Assembly (NCBI GenBank): GCA_965219095.1
Contig: CBDCMT010000001.1
Location: 544,001 to 608,000, forward strand
Direction of reading: 5' to 3'
Source of the DNA: Bdellovibrionales bacterium
GTDB lineage: Bacteria; Bdellovibrionota; Bdellovibrionia; Bdellovibrionales; UBA1609
DNA: 64,000 nucleotides
This document shows, one piece after another, positions 17,502-29,800 of the stretch. Positions within the stretch are counted from its first letter, which is position 1. The number at the start of each line of letters is the position of its first letter. The notes under the pieces are model-generated. The model was not told the DNA's origin, made no database searches, and saw nothing but the letters and a program-made list of their open reading frames with translations. The position numbers were made by a program, and so were the translations under genes.

Positions 17502-20251
17502 GATAAAGCCTCTTGGCAACTTTTACATATAGGTTCTTCAAAGTCTAAATAGAAACTAAGCTCTTTATAAAACTTCCAACAACGAGGGCATTTTTCATTT
17601 GTGGTTTTGGAAGCTTTAATGCTTTGCTCTCCTTGCTTTAAAAAAATTTCTGATACAATAAAGATTTCTTTTAAATACGGATAAAACTCTTTTAAAATTC
17701 TATAAGTTTCTTCATTGACTTGTAGATGGACTTCAGCCTCTAGGCTAGAACCTATTACTTTATTAGTTCTTAACCTTTCAAGATCTTTTGTCACAAGCTC
17801 TCTTAATTTTAAAATAATTTCTATCTTTTCAGAAAGTCCTTTTGCACTCCACTCTTTACAGACTGTAGGAAAAGGCTCTAGGAATACACTCAATTTCTTT
17901 TCTAAAAGAAATTGATATACTTCCTCTGAAGTAAAACTCAAAATAGGGCACATCATGCGTGCGAGGTAATGAGTTAGTAGGTAAAGAGAGGTTTGGGCTG
18001 AACGTCTTTTTAAACTTTTTTTGCCACTTGTGTAAAGCCTGTCTTTTAAAATATCTAAATAAAAAGACGAAAGTGTGACTGTGAAAAATTCGTTGAGTTT
18101 GTGGTAGCTTTTATGAAATTGAAAGTCATCGTAGTATTGGTTTATATTTTTTATCAGCTTATTGAGTTCTAAAAGAGCCCACTGATCAAGAGGTAGCATA
18201 TTCTTAAAATCTACCTTATCTTTAGACATATCAAAGTCATGGATGTTTCCCAGAAGAAAACGGAATGTATTTCTTATCTTGCGGTAGGATTCGGAAAGCC
18301 TTTTAAAGATATCAACCCCTACGGTCACATCACGACTGTAGTCTTCATGAGCTACCCAGAGACGTAAAATTTCAGCCCCATACTCTTGTATCACTTTTTG
18401 AGGAATTACAACGTTCCCCTTGCTTTTAGACATTTTATGCCCTTTAGCATCGTTTACAAATCCATGAGTTAAAACTTTTTTAAAAGGAGGTTCATTATAA
18501 GCGGCTAGAGAGGAAAGAAGGCTTGTTTGAAACCAGCCTCTGTGCTGGTCACTTCCTTCTAAATAAAGATCGGCAGGAAATCTGAGAGCTTTTCTTTTCT
18601 TTTGAACAGACGTATGACAGCTAGCACTATCGAACCACACATCAAGTGTATCTGTGCTTGATACGAACTCTTTTTTTTGACATTTTTTACACTCATAACC
18701 TTTTGTCCAATAAGAGGCAGGTTTTTCATAAAAAACGTTAGAGCCTTCTTGGTGTTTTTCCGTTTCATCAGCAACTTTATCTAAAAGTTTTTCTTCTAAA
18801 AGAGGAGTTTCACATGACTTGCAATAAAAAACAGGAAGAGGTACGCCCCAAAGTCTTTGACGGCTGATACACCAATCAGGATTGTTTTCAATCATGGATT
18901 CAAATCGTTTTTGTCCCCAAGGGGGAATGAATTGGATGTTATTTTTTGCTACATCTAAGGCTTTTTTCTTAAGTTTTTTATTTAAACTTTCTACAGCCAC
19001 AAACCATTGAGAGGTCAAACGAAAGATGGTGGGCTTTTTTGTACGTTCATCATGAGGATAGGAATGAGAGATCTCTTCGTGATGGACTAAAAGGTTGTTT
19101 TGTTTAAGCTTCTCTATAATAAGAGGATTGGCCTTCCAAACTAAAAGACCTTCATAAGAGGGGACGTCCTTTGTGAACTTGCCATAAGAGTTTACAGGGC
19201 ATGGAGTAGGTAAGTTATAAGCTAAACCCACTTTATAGTCATCTAAACCATGTCCTGGAGCAATGTGAACACAGCCTGTTCCTGCACTCAATTCCACATG
19301 CTCGCTTAACACAACTACAGAATATCTTTTTAAAAAAGGATGCTGGGTTCGAATTCCCTCTAATTGGGATCCTTTTAAGATTTTGATCTTTCGAAAGTTT
19401 TTTTGCCATTTTTTCTCTAAGCTCTCTTTAAGAAGAGTCGCTAAAATGAAGGTTCTTTTTGAGTCTAAATCTTCATAAAGACCGTAATCAAAATCTTTGC
19501 CAACAGCAAGGGCTGTATTTGAGGGTAAAGTCCAAGGCGTTGTAGTCCAGATGACAAAATATGTTTCTTGAGGCAGTTGAAAAGGTGAAGAAGTCACTTT
19601 GAAAAGTACATCAATGGAAGGGCTTTTGATTTCCTTATAAATGATCTCACTGGCAGCTAAAGCTGTACCTAAAAAAGCAGACCAGTGAACAGGCTTTTTC
19701 CCTTGAAATAAAAAGCCATTTTTGAAGATCTTTTTTATCAGTCTAATTTCATCGGCCTCGTAACTGGCTTGTAAGGTAAGATAGGGATTTTTCCAGTCCC
19801 CTATGGTTCCAATTCTTTGAAATTCTTTTTTTTGTATTTTGTGCCAATAAATAGCTTCTTTTCTGCATTTATTCCTAAATTCAGCCTTTGAAAGGTTTTT
19901 TTGTGTTCTCTGAAGTTTTTTAGAGGTTGTTATTTCAATAGGGAGACCATGGCAGTCCCAACCAGGAATGAACTCACATAAAAAACCTTTCATGTTTTTG
20001 TATTTAACAACCATATCCTTTAAAATGCGGTTGAGACAGTGGCCGATATGAATGGCTCCGTTGGCATAAATAGGGCCATCAACTAAAGTAAAAGGGCTTT
20101 TATTTTTATTTTGAGCGACCATTTTATAGTAAACCCCCTCTCTATTCCAAAATTCTATAAGTTCAGGTTCTTTTTGGGTTAAATGAGCTTTCATAGGAAA
20201 ACTTGTTTGAGGTAAAAGGATGGTGTCTTTGAAAACAGAAGCTTTTTTCAT
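17492..20251 (-). CDS. ileS: isoleucine--tRNA ligase
   Basis: HIGH, GWDCHGLPIE, WTTTPWTLP, EGSDQHRGWF, KMSKS, C-terminal Zn finger. Confidence 0.97.
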   Translation of the reverse strand: MKKASVFKDTILLPQTSFPMKAHLTQKEPELIEFWNREGVYYKMVAQNKNKSPFTLVDGPIYANGAIHIGHCLNRILKDMVVKYKNMKGFLCEFIPGWDCHGLPIEITTSKKLQRTQKNLSKAEFRNKCRKEAIYWHKIQKKEFQRIGTIGDWKNPYLTLQASYEADEIRLIKKIFKNGFLFQGKKPVHWSAFLGTALAASEIIYKEIKSPSIDVLFKVTSSPFQLPQETYFVIWTTTPWTLPSNTALAVGKDFDYGLYEDLDSKRTFILATLLKESLEKKWQKNFRKIKILKGSQLEGIRTQHPFLKRYSVVVLSEHVELSAGTGCVHIAPGHGLDDYKVGLAYNLPTPCPVNSYGKFTKDVPSYEGLLVWKANPLIIEKLKQNNLLVHHEEISHSYPHDERTKKPTIFRLTSQWFVAVESLNKKLKKKALDVAKNNIQFIPPWGQKRFESMIENNPDWCISRQRLWGVPLPVFYCKSCETPLLEEKLLDKVADETEKHQEGSNVFYEKPASYWTKGYECKKCQKKEFVSSTDTLDVWFDSASCHTSVQKKRKALRFPADLYLEGSDQHRGWFQTSLLSSLAAYNEPPFKKVLTHGFVNDAKGHKMSKSKGNVVIPQKVIQEYGAEILRLWVAHEDYSRDVTVGVDIFKRLSESYRKIRNTFRFLLGNIHDFDMSKDKVDFKNMLPLDQWALLELNKLIKNINQYYDDFQFHKSYHKLNEFFTVTLSSFYLDILKDRLYTSGKKSLKRRSAQTSLYLLTHYLARMMCPILSFTSEEVYQFLLEKKLSVFLEPFPTVCKEWSAKGLSEKIEIILKLRELVTKDLERLRTNKVIGSSLEAEVHLQVNEETYRILKEFYPYLKEIFIVSEIFLKQGEQSIKASKTTNEKCPRCWKFYKELSFYLDFEEPICKSCQEALSCN

Positions 20252-20584
20252 AAATTGAGAGGTCTTTTTTGAAAACTTAAGGGGATTAAAATTAAGTATA
20301 CATTAGAGCAAGAACTCATAAATTTGATTTTAACGATTTTTGAACCTCTTGACAAGAGGTGAGGATTTTATTTCTAAAAACCCGAGTTTTGACTTTTATA
20401 TACTGCTCAGAAGCCTCTGTTCTTGAGTGGAGGATTTTTTAGATTTTAAGCAAGTAAGAGATGAGGGTACCTAAAAGATTGACGACAAAATTTTGTGGGC
20501 TGCGATGGCGAGAATGAAGCCTGTAAGAGCCTAAATTGTGGAGCCTGTAAATTAAATTGTGTAACTTCTGTCGAGGCACCTCTG

Positions 20585-22379
20585 TATTAACCTCCTTTCG
20601 TAAAGTAAAAAAAATCGTAACTGCTCACCTACATTGTTCAGTTATCCCTAACTTTAGACCTGTTTTAAGATAAAAGTCTTGTTCTTACAGATTTTCTTTT
20701 AAATACTTTTTTCAAATGACAATAAATAAGACCTCCATCAGAAATGAGATTGAAAATATAAGAAGTGACTTTGATAAGCTTGCAAAGAAAGGTTCTGTGC
20801 CTACTGAGATTTCTGTGGTTTTTGAATCTCTCTTTAAGGTTGTGAACATTCTGATTGTTGTGCTTTTAGAAAAACAGGTTCGAAAAAATTCCAGCAACAG
20901 CGGTCTTCCTCCTTCGCAAGATTTTAGTCGTCAAGGGAATCGTAATAAGAAAGCTAGTGGGAGTCAAAAAAAGGGCTCTAGACTTGATAACAGTAAAGAT
21001 ACAAACAGTGAGGAGACTGTCTTTCCCTCAGAGTGTTCTCAGTGTGGGATGTGTTTAAAGACAGCAGAGGTAAAAAGCCTTGAAAAGCGTAAAAAGATTG
21101 ATATTTTTTATGAAATTCAGACCCATACTGTAACTTCTGAAGTTAAGAATTGTCCCTCATGTGGAGCTAGAAATAAAGGTCAATTCCCTAAAGGTATGAG
21201 TGGTCCTCTTCAGTATGGTATAGGCATTAGAGCTTCCATCATCAATTTCATTATAGTTCAGATGCTGTCTTTTAGAGCGTGTTGGGGAACATTACATGGG
21301 GCTTATAGGTCGAATGATTTCTCCTGCAGTTATGTTGAGATACATTGCTGAATTAGGAGAGTTTCTTAAAAGTTGGGAAGAGCAGATGAAAGAAAAGATA
21401 CTTGAATCAGAGGTCATTCATGTTGATGAGACCTCTATGAGGGTTAAGGGTAAAAACTACTGGATTCATACTTATAGTTCAGGAGAATTAGTCTTGCAGT
21501 TTCTCCACCTTTCAGGTGGAAGGGAAGCCATAAAAGATATTGGTCTCTTGGATAGATATGGAGGAGTGCTTGTGCATGATTGTTGGAGTCCTTACTTTTG
21601 TTATGATAAGATAACTCATGCTTTGTGTGTGGCTCACCTTTTGAGAGAGCTTAAATTTATAGAAGAAAGCAATGGATTCAAATGGGCTACAAATCTCAAA
21701 AAACTTCTTAAAGAGACTGTGGAGTTAGTTCATAAAAAAGAGTCAAGAGTTCTGACTCAAAAAGAGTACGAAACTCTTCAGAGAAGGTATAGGAGTATTC
21801 TTACAAAAGGCTTAAAAGAGCTTCCAGAATTTCCTAAGAAAAATGGCAAGAAAGGACGAATAAAGCATACACAAGCTCAAAACCTTTGGCTGCGATTTAA
21901 AAAGTATGAAGCAGAAATACTGTGTTTTGCTAAAAGAAAGAACGTAGATCCTACTAATAACAGAGCTGAAAGAGATCTAAGAATGACTAAGGTGAAAAAG
22001 AAAGTGTCAGGGTGTTTCAGAACAGAAGAAATGGCGAAATATTTTTGTCGCATTACCAGCTATGTTAAAACAATGAGAAATAAAGGGTATTCTTCTTTAG
22101 AAGCCATCTCTATGGCTTTAAATAAAAATTTACGAGAGTGAGCAGTTACAAAAAATCATCCCATAGTCCTTTTTGTATCCATCTATTAAAACGGTTGTAT
22201 GCTGTCTTCCAAGGACAGAACTGTTCAGGAATATCACGCCAGGGACAGCCTGTACGCAGTTTCCACAAAATGGCCTCTCCATGACATTACGATTGATTAG
22301 ATGAGTTATAACAACTCTTTGTTTTCATAATAGCACTTAACTGTTGCCAAATAGAATCTGTTAAAACTTTCCTTATCAT
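20585..22379 (-). pseudogene. decayed IS5 (IS427-group) transposase interrupted by IS66 copy 1
   Basis: From ATG 22379: MIRKVLTDSIWQQL..AILWKLRTGCPWRDIPEQFCPWKTAYNRFNRW, with frameshifts. Confidence 0.75.
20617..22149 (+). mobile_element. IS66-family (single-transposase, ISBst12-like) element copy 1
   Basis: IRs GTAACTGCTCAC/GTGAGCAGTTAC; 8-bp TSD AAAAAATC; KNSSNSGLPPS, CxxC Zn finger, HVDET, TNNRAERDLR; split into ORFs 20716-21351 and 21296-22141. Confidence 0.92.
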
Positions 22380-22658
22380 ACGAAAATCCTCCTTTGCTTT
22401 TTGTTGTAATAAATGAAAAGTCATTGTAAGCTTTAATCTTAATTGACGATCTCTCTCTAATAGCACATGTAAATCTTACGACATAAAATCTGAAATATCT
22501 AAGTTATTTCTTAACAGCTTCTTAGGATTTAAAAGTATCTTATTTTGATACATAAGAAAGAAAATGTATAAAACTTAGACAAGTGTTTCTCCAAATTTGT
22601 CTTTAAGATCGAAAAGCAAAGCTTTTTAGGGTTTATAGGCCTTAGATTGAAGGATTTT

Positions 22659-22674
22659 GGGCATAGAGCTTGCA
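22659..22674 (+). promoter_or_regulatory. sigma-54 (-24/-12) promoter
   Basis: GGGCATAGAGCTTGCA = GG-N10-GC, 30 bp upstream of the lipoprotein ATG. Confidence 0.65.
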
Positions 22675-22703
22675 ACTTAAAGAAGTAAGAGGAGGGATTT
22701 ATT

Positions 22704-23324
22704 ATGAAAACAAAATATCATTTTTTTATAAGCTCTATTGTTCTGAGCTTTTTCTTAATCGGCTGTAATAAGCACACAGACCAGGAGGGTTTTTTAAGCC
22801 CAGTTCATAAATTTGATGAAAGCTCTTTAGTTCAAGTTGTGATGAGTTGTTGGGAGCAAATTTATTCATCAAGAGATAATAGAACTTTTTCTGACAAGGC
22901 TTCTGACTTTCTTACAGGGTTTAATGATCCTTTACTAGATGACTTCAATTATGCGTCTCTGAAAGCAGGTTGTGAAGGAGAGTCTCAAACTGACGTAAGG
23001 ATTTCCACAAGGATCTATGATTACGGCAAGGGTGAGATTAAAGTGTCTTTTAGAGACTATGAGATTTATTCAGATGAAATTGTTAATTATCGTGAAAATA
23101 ATGAATTTCTTGAAGTAACCTTTGCTTTTAATGATGGAGATAGGGGAAGGAACCTATTGAATCTTAATGGAACTCTTTCAGATTTTGAAAGTGATAACGG
23201 CAAAATTTATGAAGTGTTTTACGGAACAGTAAGTTTTCAGAATGACTATGACTACAGTAGAGTTGATAATAATGGTTTGAGAGGAAATCTTGGTGAGTTT
23301 GTAACCGTCATAAGTGTTGAGTAA
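22704..23324 (+). CDS. hypothetical lipoprotein
   Basis: RBS GAGGAGG; lipobox LIG-C. Confidence 0.75.
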   Translation: MKTKYHFFISSIVLSFFLIGCNKHTDQEGFLSPVHKFDESSLVQVVMSCWEQIYSSRDNRTFSDKASDFLTGFNDPLLDDFNYASLKAGCEGESQTDVRISTRIYDYGKGEIKVSFRDYEIYSDEIVNYRENNEFLEVTFAFNDGDRGRNLLNLNGTLSDFESDNGKIYEVFYGTVSFQNDYDYSRVDNNGLRGNLGEFVTVISVE

Positions 23325-23416
23325 ATTATTGAGGTACTTATAGAAAAAAATTCATTTGTTAAGCTATAAAAACTGCAATTTTTTACAGCACTTACACTTT
23401 TTATTTTAGATATTTT

Positions 23417-23460
23417 AAGCTCTTAAGTAAATCCCCCCATTTTATTTAAGAGCTTTTTTT
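23417..23460 (+). terminator. intrinsic terminator of the lipoprotein gene
   Basis: AAGCTCTTAAGTAAA-loop-TTTATTTAAGAGCTT followed by a T run; IS66 copy 2 inserted in the T tail. Confidence 0.6.
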
Positions 23461-25048
23461 GTAACTGCTCACCTACATTGTTCAGTTATCCCTAACTTTA
23501 GACCTGTTTTAAGATAAAAGTCTTGCTTTTACAGATTCCCGGGAGGAGCCAAAAGGCCTCCTCAAAAGAACCTCCGGGAACCCACAGATTCTTTTGAGGA
23601 GGCCTTTTTTCAAATGACAATAAATAAGACCTCCATCAGAAATGAGATTGAAAATATAAGAAGTGACTTTGATAAGTTTGCAAAGAAAGGTTCTGTGCCT
23701 ACTGAGATTTCTGTGATTGTTGAATCTCTCTTTAAGGTTGTGAACATTCTGATTGTTGTGTTTTTAGAAAAACAGGTTCGAAAAAATTCCAGCAACAGCG
23801 GTCTTCCTCCTTCGCAAGATTTTAGTCGTCAAGGGAATCGTAATAAGAAAGCTAGTGGGAGTCAGAAAAAGGGCTCTAGACTTGATAACAGTAAAGATAC
23901 AAAACAGTGAGGAGACTGTCTCTCCCTCAGAGTGTTCTCAGTGTGGGATGTGTTTAAAGACAGCAGAGGTAAAAAGCCTTGAGAAGCGTAAAAAGATTGA
24001 TATTTTTTATGAAATTCAGACCCATACTGTAACTTCTGAAGTTAAGAATTGTCCCTCATGTGGAGCTAGAAATAAAGGTCAATTCCCTAAAGGTATGAGT
24101 GGTCCTCTTCAGTATGGTATAGGCATTAGAGCTTCCATCATCAATTTCATTATAGTTCAGATGCTGTCTTTTAGAGCGTGTTGGGGAACATTACATGGGG
24201 CTTATAGGTCGAATGATTTCTCCTGCAGTTATGTTGAGATACATTGCTGAATTAGGAGAGTTTCTTAAAAGTTGGGAAGAGCAGATGAAAGAAAAGATAC
24301 TTGAATCAGAGGTCATTCATGTTGATGAGACCTCTATGAGGGTTAAGGGTAAAAACTACTGGATTCATACTTATAGTTCAGGAGAATTAGTCTTGCAGTT
24401 TCTCCACCTTTCAGGTGGAAGGGAAGCCATAAAAGATATTGGTCTCTTGGATAGATATGGAGGAGTGCTTGTGCATGATTGTTGGAGTCCTTACTTTTGT
24501 TATGATAAGATAACTCATGCTTTGTGTGTGGCTCACCTTTTGAGAGAGCTTAAATTTATAGAAGAAAGCAATGGATTCAAATGGGCTACAAATCTCAAAA
24601 AACTTCTTAAAGAGACTGTGGAGTTAGTTCATAAAAAAGAGTCAAGAGTTCTGACTCAAAAAGAGTACGAAACTCTTCAGAGAAGGTATAGGAGTATTCT
24701 TACAAAAGGCTTAAAAGAGCTTCCAGAATTTCCTAAGAAAAATGGCAAGAAAGGACGAATAAAGCATACACAAGCTCAAAACCTTTGGCTGCGATTTAAA
24801 AAGTATGAAGCAGAAATACTGTGTTTTGCTAAAAGAAAGAACGTAGATCCTACTAATAACAGAGCTGAAAGAGATCTAAGAATGACTAAAGTGAAAAAGA
24901 AAGTGTCAGGGTGTTTCAGAACAGAAGAAATGGCGAAATATTTTTGTCGTATTACCAGCTATGTTAAAACAATGAGAAATAGAGGGTATTCTTCTTTAGA
25001 AGCCATCTCTATGGCTTTAAATAAAAACTTACGAGAGTGAGCAGTTAC
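23461..25048 (+). mobile_element. IS66-family element copy 2 (two frameshifts; ISL3-derived insert in leader)
   Basis: Same IRs as copy 1; TSD CTTTTTTT; near-identical to copy 1; ORFs 23614-23910, 23855-24250, 24195-25040. Confidence 0.92.
23531..23608. mobile_element. ISL3 IRL remnant plus ISL3-derived palindromic mini-element
   Basis: ACAGATTCCCGGGAGGAGCC (reverse complement of IRL), then a 20-bp perfect stem AAAAGGCCTCCTCAAAAGAA/TTCTTTTGAGGAGGCCTTTT. Confidence 0.85.
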
Positions 25049-25084
25049 CTTTTTTTTATATTGGAAATATGGTAAGATGCCCTT

Positions 25085-25846
25085 ATGTTAAAAGTTCTTT
25101 TCTTATTAAGGGGGGGGTTGTTTTTACCCTTTGTAATCATAATGATTTTTATTTGCTTTATAGGGCTTTTGTTATTTGCTCTATTAAAACCTTTTCTTTC
25201 TTATAAAAGTGCCATAAAAATAGGTGATTTTTGGATTTATTTTTTTAACAAAGGCATTGTGTTGTTTTTAAATCTTAAAATTGAAGTGGAGGGAAGAGAA
25301 AATGTTCCTTTGTCTCAAAAAGGATGCTTATTTTTATTTAAACATGCAAGTCATTTGGATATACCTGTTTTATCAATTTCCCTTCCAAGAAGCTTTAGAT
25401 TTGGAGCAAAAATAGAGCTTTTTAAAATTCCTTTTTTTGGAACTTGTTTAAAAATGATCGATACTCTGCCTGTTGACAGAAGGGCTCGCAAGAAGGTTTT
25501 AGTTCTTTACGAAAAGTCCATTATCAATGTTGAGAAAGGTTTAAGTTATGCTCTTTCTCCTGAAGGAACTCGTTATGAAGAGGGAGTCTTAGGGGGTTTT
25601 AAAAGAGGACCCTTTTACTTTGCTGTTCATGCCAAAACGGATATCCTCCCTGTCCTTGTTTATGGGACTGCTAAGGCCTTTCACTCAAAAGACAAACTTG
25701 CCTGCACAAAAGCTTGGACTCATAAGATAAGACTGAAAATTTTGGAACCTATAAGTACAAAACACCACTCTGAACAAGAGGTAAATGCTTTAAGGGACAA
25801 AGTCTACAAGATTATGTTAAAAGCTTATAAAGAGAAGGGTCTTTAA
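25085..25846 (+). CDS. plsC: 1-acyl-sn-glycerol-3-phosphate acyltransferase
   Basis: HASHLD (HxxxxD), AKIELFKIPFFG, PEGTR, FKRGPF. Confidence 0.85.
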   Translation: MLKVLFLLRGGLFLPFVIIMIFICFIGLLLFALLKPFLSYKSAIKIGDFWIYFFNKGIVLFLNLKIEVEGRENVPLSQKGCLFLFKHASHLDIPVLSISLPRSFRFGAKIELFKIPFFGTCLKMIDTLPVDRRARKKVLVLYEKSIINVEKGLSYALSPEGTRYEEGVLGGFKRGPFYFAVHAKTDILPVLVYGTAKAFHSKDKLACTKAWTHKIRLKILEPISTKHHSEQEVNALRDKVYKIMLKAYKEKGL

Positions 25847-25941
25847 ACTAAAGTTTTTTTAAGTATTTTTATAGGTGACTTAAGTGGTTTTTTGGTATAA
25901 AGATAAGTGAAGGTTAAAAGACAAGAAAGAGAAGGGATGTT

Positions 25942-26781
25942 ATGAAGATTGGAGTTTTAGGTTCAGGGCAAATGGGAAGTGGTATTTCACAAATTATAGC
26001 GAAGAAAAATCATTCTGTAATTCTCGTGGATGTAGATCAAAACGCCTTGGATCGAGCTTTAGAGATTATTTCAAAGAGTTGTGATAAGTTTATAGCTAAA
26101 GAAAAAATGACCGATCTTGAAAAGACCCATCTTTTAAACCTCATCAGAACATCCACTCAGATGAATTCTTTTAAAGATTGTGATGTTGTGATTGAAGCTG
26201 TTGTAGAGGATAGAGACCTTAAAAAAAAGGTGTTTAAAGATTTAGATAGAATCTGCCCCTCTCAAACACTTCTTTTATCAAATACATCTTCTATCTCTAT
26301 TACAGATATAGCCTCTAGTACAAAACGTCCTGAAAAGGTTGCAGGCATGCATTTTATGAATCCAGTTCCTGTTATGAAACTTGTTGAAGGCATAAGAGGT
26401 CTTGCTACATCGGATGAAACTTTCTCTCAAGTCAAAAAATTTTCTGAAAGTTTGGATAAAGTTTTTATTGAAGCAAAAGATTTCCCTGGTTTTGTGGTTA
26501 ACCGCATTCTTATGCCTATGATCAATGAAGCTATTTTCACTCTTTACGAGGGTGTTGCTTCTGCAAATGACATTGATTGTGCTATGAAACTAGGAACTCA
26601 TCACCCTATGGGGCCTTTAGCTTTAGCTGATTTTATTGGCTTAGACACCTGCCTTGCTATTATGAAAGTTTTGCATGATGTTTTAGGAGATAGTAAGTAT
26701 AGACCCTGCCCTCTTTTGATTAAGTACGTAGAAGCCGGCTGGTATGGACGTAAAACAAAAAAAGGGTTTTATGAATATTAA
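25942..26781 (+). CDS. hbd: 3-hydroxybutyryl-CoA dehydrogenase
   Basis: [37 protein letters not shown]. Confidence 0.92.
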   Translation: MKIGVLGSGQMGSGISQIIAKKNHSVILVDVDQNALDRALEIISKSCDKFIAKEKMTDLEKTHLLNLIRTSTQMNSFKDCDVVIEAVVEDRDLKKKVFKDLDRICPSQTLLLSNTSSISITDIASSTKRPEKVAGMHFMNPVPVMKLVEGIRGLATSDETFSQVKKFSESLDKVFIEAKDFPGFVVNRILMPMINEAIFTLYEGVASANDIDCAMKLGTHHPMGPLALADFIGLDTCLAIMKVLHDVLGDSKYRPCPLLIKYVEAGWYGRKTKKGFYEY

Positions 26782-26820
26782 AAAGATAAGAGATCTCATA
26801 AAAGCAAGGCAAAGCTTTCT

Positions 26821-29800
26821 ATGAAACTTAAAAACTCAGTACGTATTGTAACAGCCACAGCTTTATTTGATGGCCATGATGCAAGCATTAACATTATAAG
26901 AAGAATCTTGCAGGACGGAGGGGCTGAAATTATTCATTTAGGACACAACCGTTCCGTGAAAGAGGTTGTAGAAACAGCTCTTCAGGAAGGAGTGCAGGGA
27001 ATTTGTATCAGTTCTTATCAAGGAGGGCATTTAGAGTATTTTAAGTACATAAAGGATCTTTTAAATGAAAAAGGCGGGTCTTATGTAAAAATTTTCGGCG
27101 GAGGAGGCAGTGTTATTGTTTATGAGGAAAAAAAAGAGCTTGAATCTTATGGAATTACAAGAATCTTTCACCCTCACGAGAACCGTAAGATCGGTTTAGA
27201 AGGGATGAAGAATTTTATTTTACAAAGCTGTGATTTTGATCTCAATGAATCTTTCTTATCAAAAAAACCGAAAGGGAAAACAAAAGAATTCCCTCATAGA
27301 GATTTGGGTCTTTTATGTTCTTCTGTAGAGAATCAAAAAGATGTGAAAGAATTTAGAAAGCTTCTTGATTCTTTTAAAAAAGAAAAAAAACCTCCTATTA
27401 TAGGAGTGACAGGAACGGGGGGATCAGGAAAGAGTTCTTTAGTCGATGAGTTAATACAAAGATTTTTAAACTTTTATCCTAAACTTCATGTAGCTGTGAT
27501 TTGTGTTGATCCCAGCAAGAAGAAAACAGGAGGTGCTCTTTTAGGTGATCGGATTCGTATGAACTCTTTGAAACGTGAAGGTGTTTACATGAGATCCTTG
27601 GCCTCAAGAGAGTCGAGCAATGAACTCTCTCAGTCTCTACCTCTTATACTTAATGAACTTAAAGCCTTGGATTTTGATCTCATCATTGCGGAATCTTCTG
27701 GCATTGGGCAAGGAGGTTTAGCTATCACAAAGATTTGTGATGAAAGCCTTTATGTAATGACTTCAGAATTTGGTGCAGAAACACAGCTTGAAAAGATTGA
27801 AATGATAGATCACGCTGATTTTATTGTGATCAATAAATCCGATCATCGTGGATCTGAGGATGCTGTTCGTAGTGTAAAAAAACAATACCGTCGGTCTAAA
27901 AAACTCTTCTCTTCCGCAATCAGTGAGTTTCCCATTTATTTAACACAAGCCAGTCAGTTTAACGATCTAGGAATAAACAAGCTTTTTTTAGATCTCTCTT
28001 CAAAGCTTGCAAGTTATGACACCCTCTGGTCTCACTCAAATTATAATACTTATTCATTGAATTCCTCAAAAAAAGAAATCATCATTCCTTCAGAAAGACA
28101 AAATTATTTGAGTGAGATTGTTTCAACAGTAAGACAGTACAAAAAACGTGTCCATAAAATAGCTCAAAAGGCTTCGCAGTTAGGAGCTTTAGAAAGGGTA
28201 AAAAATTTGGGACTTTATACTTCTGATATGAAAGAAAAACAAACCCAGTTAAGAGAAGAGTTCCATCATGAGGAGTTAAAGCTTCTAGAAAGCTATGAAC
28301 AAAACTTACAGACTTACAAGAAAGAAACTTTGGTTTATCGTTCTAGAAAAAAAATCTCTCAACCCCTTTACTTAGAAAGTCTTTCAGGGTCTCGTCTTCC
28401 TAGAGTGTGCTACCCTGTTCTTCAAGACTGGGGAGAACGATTTGAGTTTTTATGTTTAGAAAACGTTCCAGGGGAATTCCCTTTTACATCAGGAGTTTTT
28501 CATCTCAAACGTCTTGATGAATTACCTCTTAGACAATTTGCTGGTGAAGGCACTCCTTCGCAGACAAACCAAAGGTTTCATTACTTAAGCCAAAAAAACA
28601 CAGCCAAGCGACTTTCTACAGCTTTTGATAGTGTTACTCTTTACGGACAAGATCCTCACGAGAATCCTGATATTTACGGTAAAGTGGGTGAAAGTGGTGT
28701 GAGTGTTTCTACTTTAGATGACATGAAAGAGCTTTATAAAAATTTTGATCTTTGCGATCCTCTTACAAGTGTAAGCATGACTATCAATGGACCAGCACCT
28801 ATGATTTTAGCTTTTTTTATGAACACAGCTATTGATCAACAAGTTCAGAAAAAACACAAAGAGTTAGGAAGAGACTTAAGTCTAAAAGAATATGAAGGAA
28901 TAAAAGCCTTTACTCTCAATACTGTAAGAGGCACCGTGCAAGCCGATATTTTAAAAGAAGACCAGGGGCAAAACACTTGTATCTTTTCTATTGATTTTTC
29001 GCTTAAGATGATGGCTGATATTCAAGAATATTTCGTTCAAAATAAAGTCAAAAATTTTTATTCTGTGAGTATTTCTGGTTATCATATTGCAGAAGCAGGA
29101 GCTAATCCCATAACACAATTGGCTTTAACCTTAAGCAATGCTTTTACTTATGTAGAATATTATTTAAGCAGAGGCATGCGTATTGATGACTTTGCCCCTA
29201 ACCTTTCTTTTTTCTTTTCTAACGGTATGGATCCTGAGTATACAGTATTAGGTCGCGTAGCTCGACGTCTTTGGGCTATTAGTATGAAGGAAAAGTACAA
29301 GGGAAATGTTCGGTCTCAAAAACTAAAATATCACATTCAAACTAGCGGTCGTTCTCTTCATGATCAAGAGATCGAGTTCAATGACATTCGCACCACTTTA
29401 GAGGCTTTAACAGCTCTCTCAGATCACTGTAACTCTCTTCATACTAATGCTTATGATGAAGCAATCACAACACCCACAGAAGAGTCAGTCAGACGTGCTC
29501 AAGCCATACAGCTTATCATTAACAAAGAGTACGGTTATTCTAAAAATGAGAACCCTTTACAGGGGAGTTATTTTATTCATTATTTAACAGATCTTGTAGA
29601 AGAAGCTGTTTTGGATGAGTTTTTAAAACTTAATGAAAGAGGAGGAGTTTTAGGAGCTATGGAGAGACAGTACCAAAGAAGCCAAATTCAAGAAGATTCA
29701 CTTTATTATGAAAGTTTAAAGCATAACGGAAGTCTTCCTGTTATAGGAGTAAACACTTTTATTGATCAAAAAGTTCTGGAAGAAAATTATGAGCCTCCTA

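Noticed and set aside
20252..20560. T-box riboswitch upstream of ileS
   Set aside because: No GGTGG.ACC T-box motif on the minus strand.
20540..20567. IS256-like terminal scraps (GAGCCTGTAAATTAAATTGTGTAA; similar near 14207-14230)
   Set aside because: Too short and no parent element in the window to confirm.
20617..25048. Composite transposon of two IS66 copies carrying the lipoprotein gene
   Set aside because: Each copy has its own distinct 8-bp TSD, so they are independent insertions.
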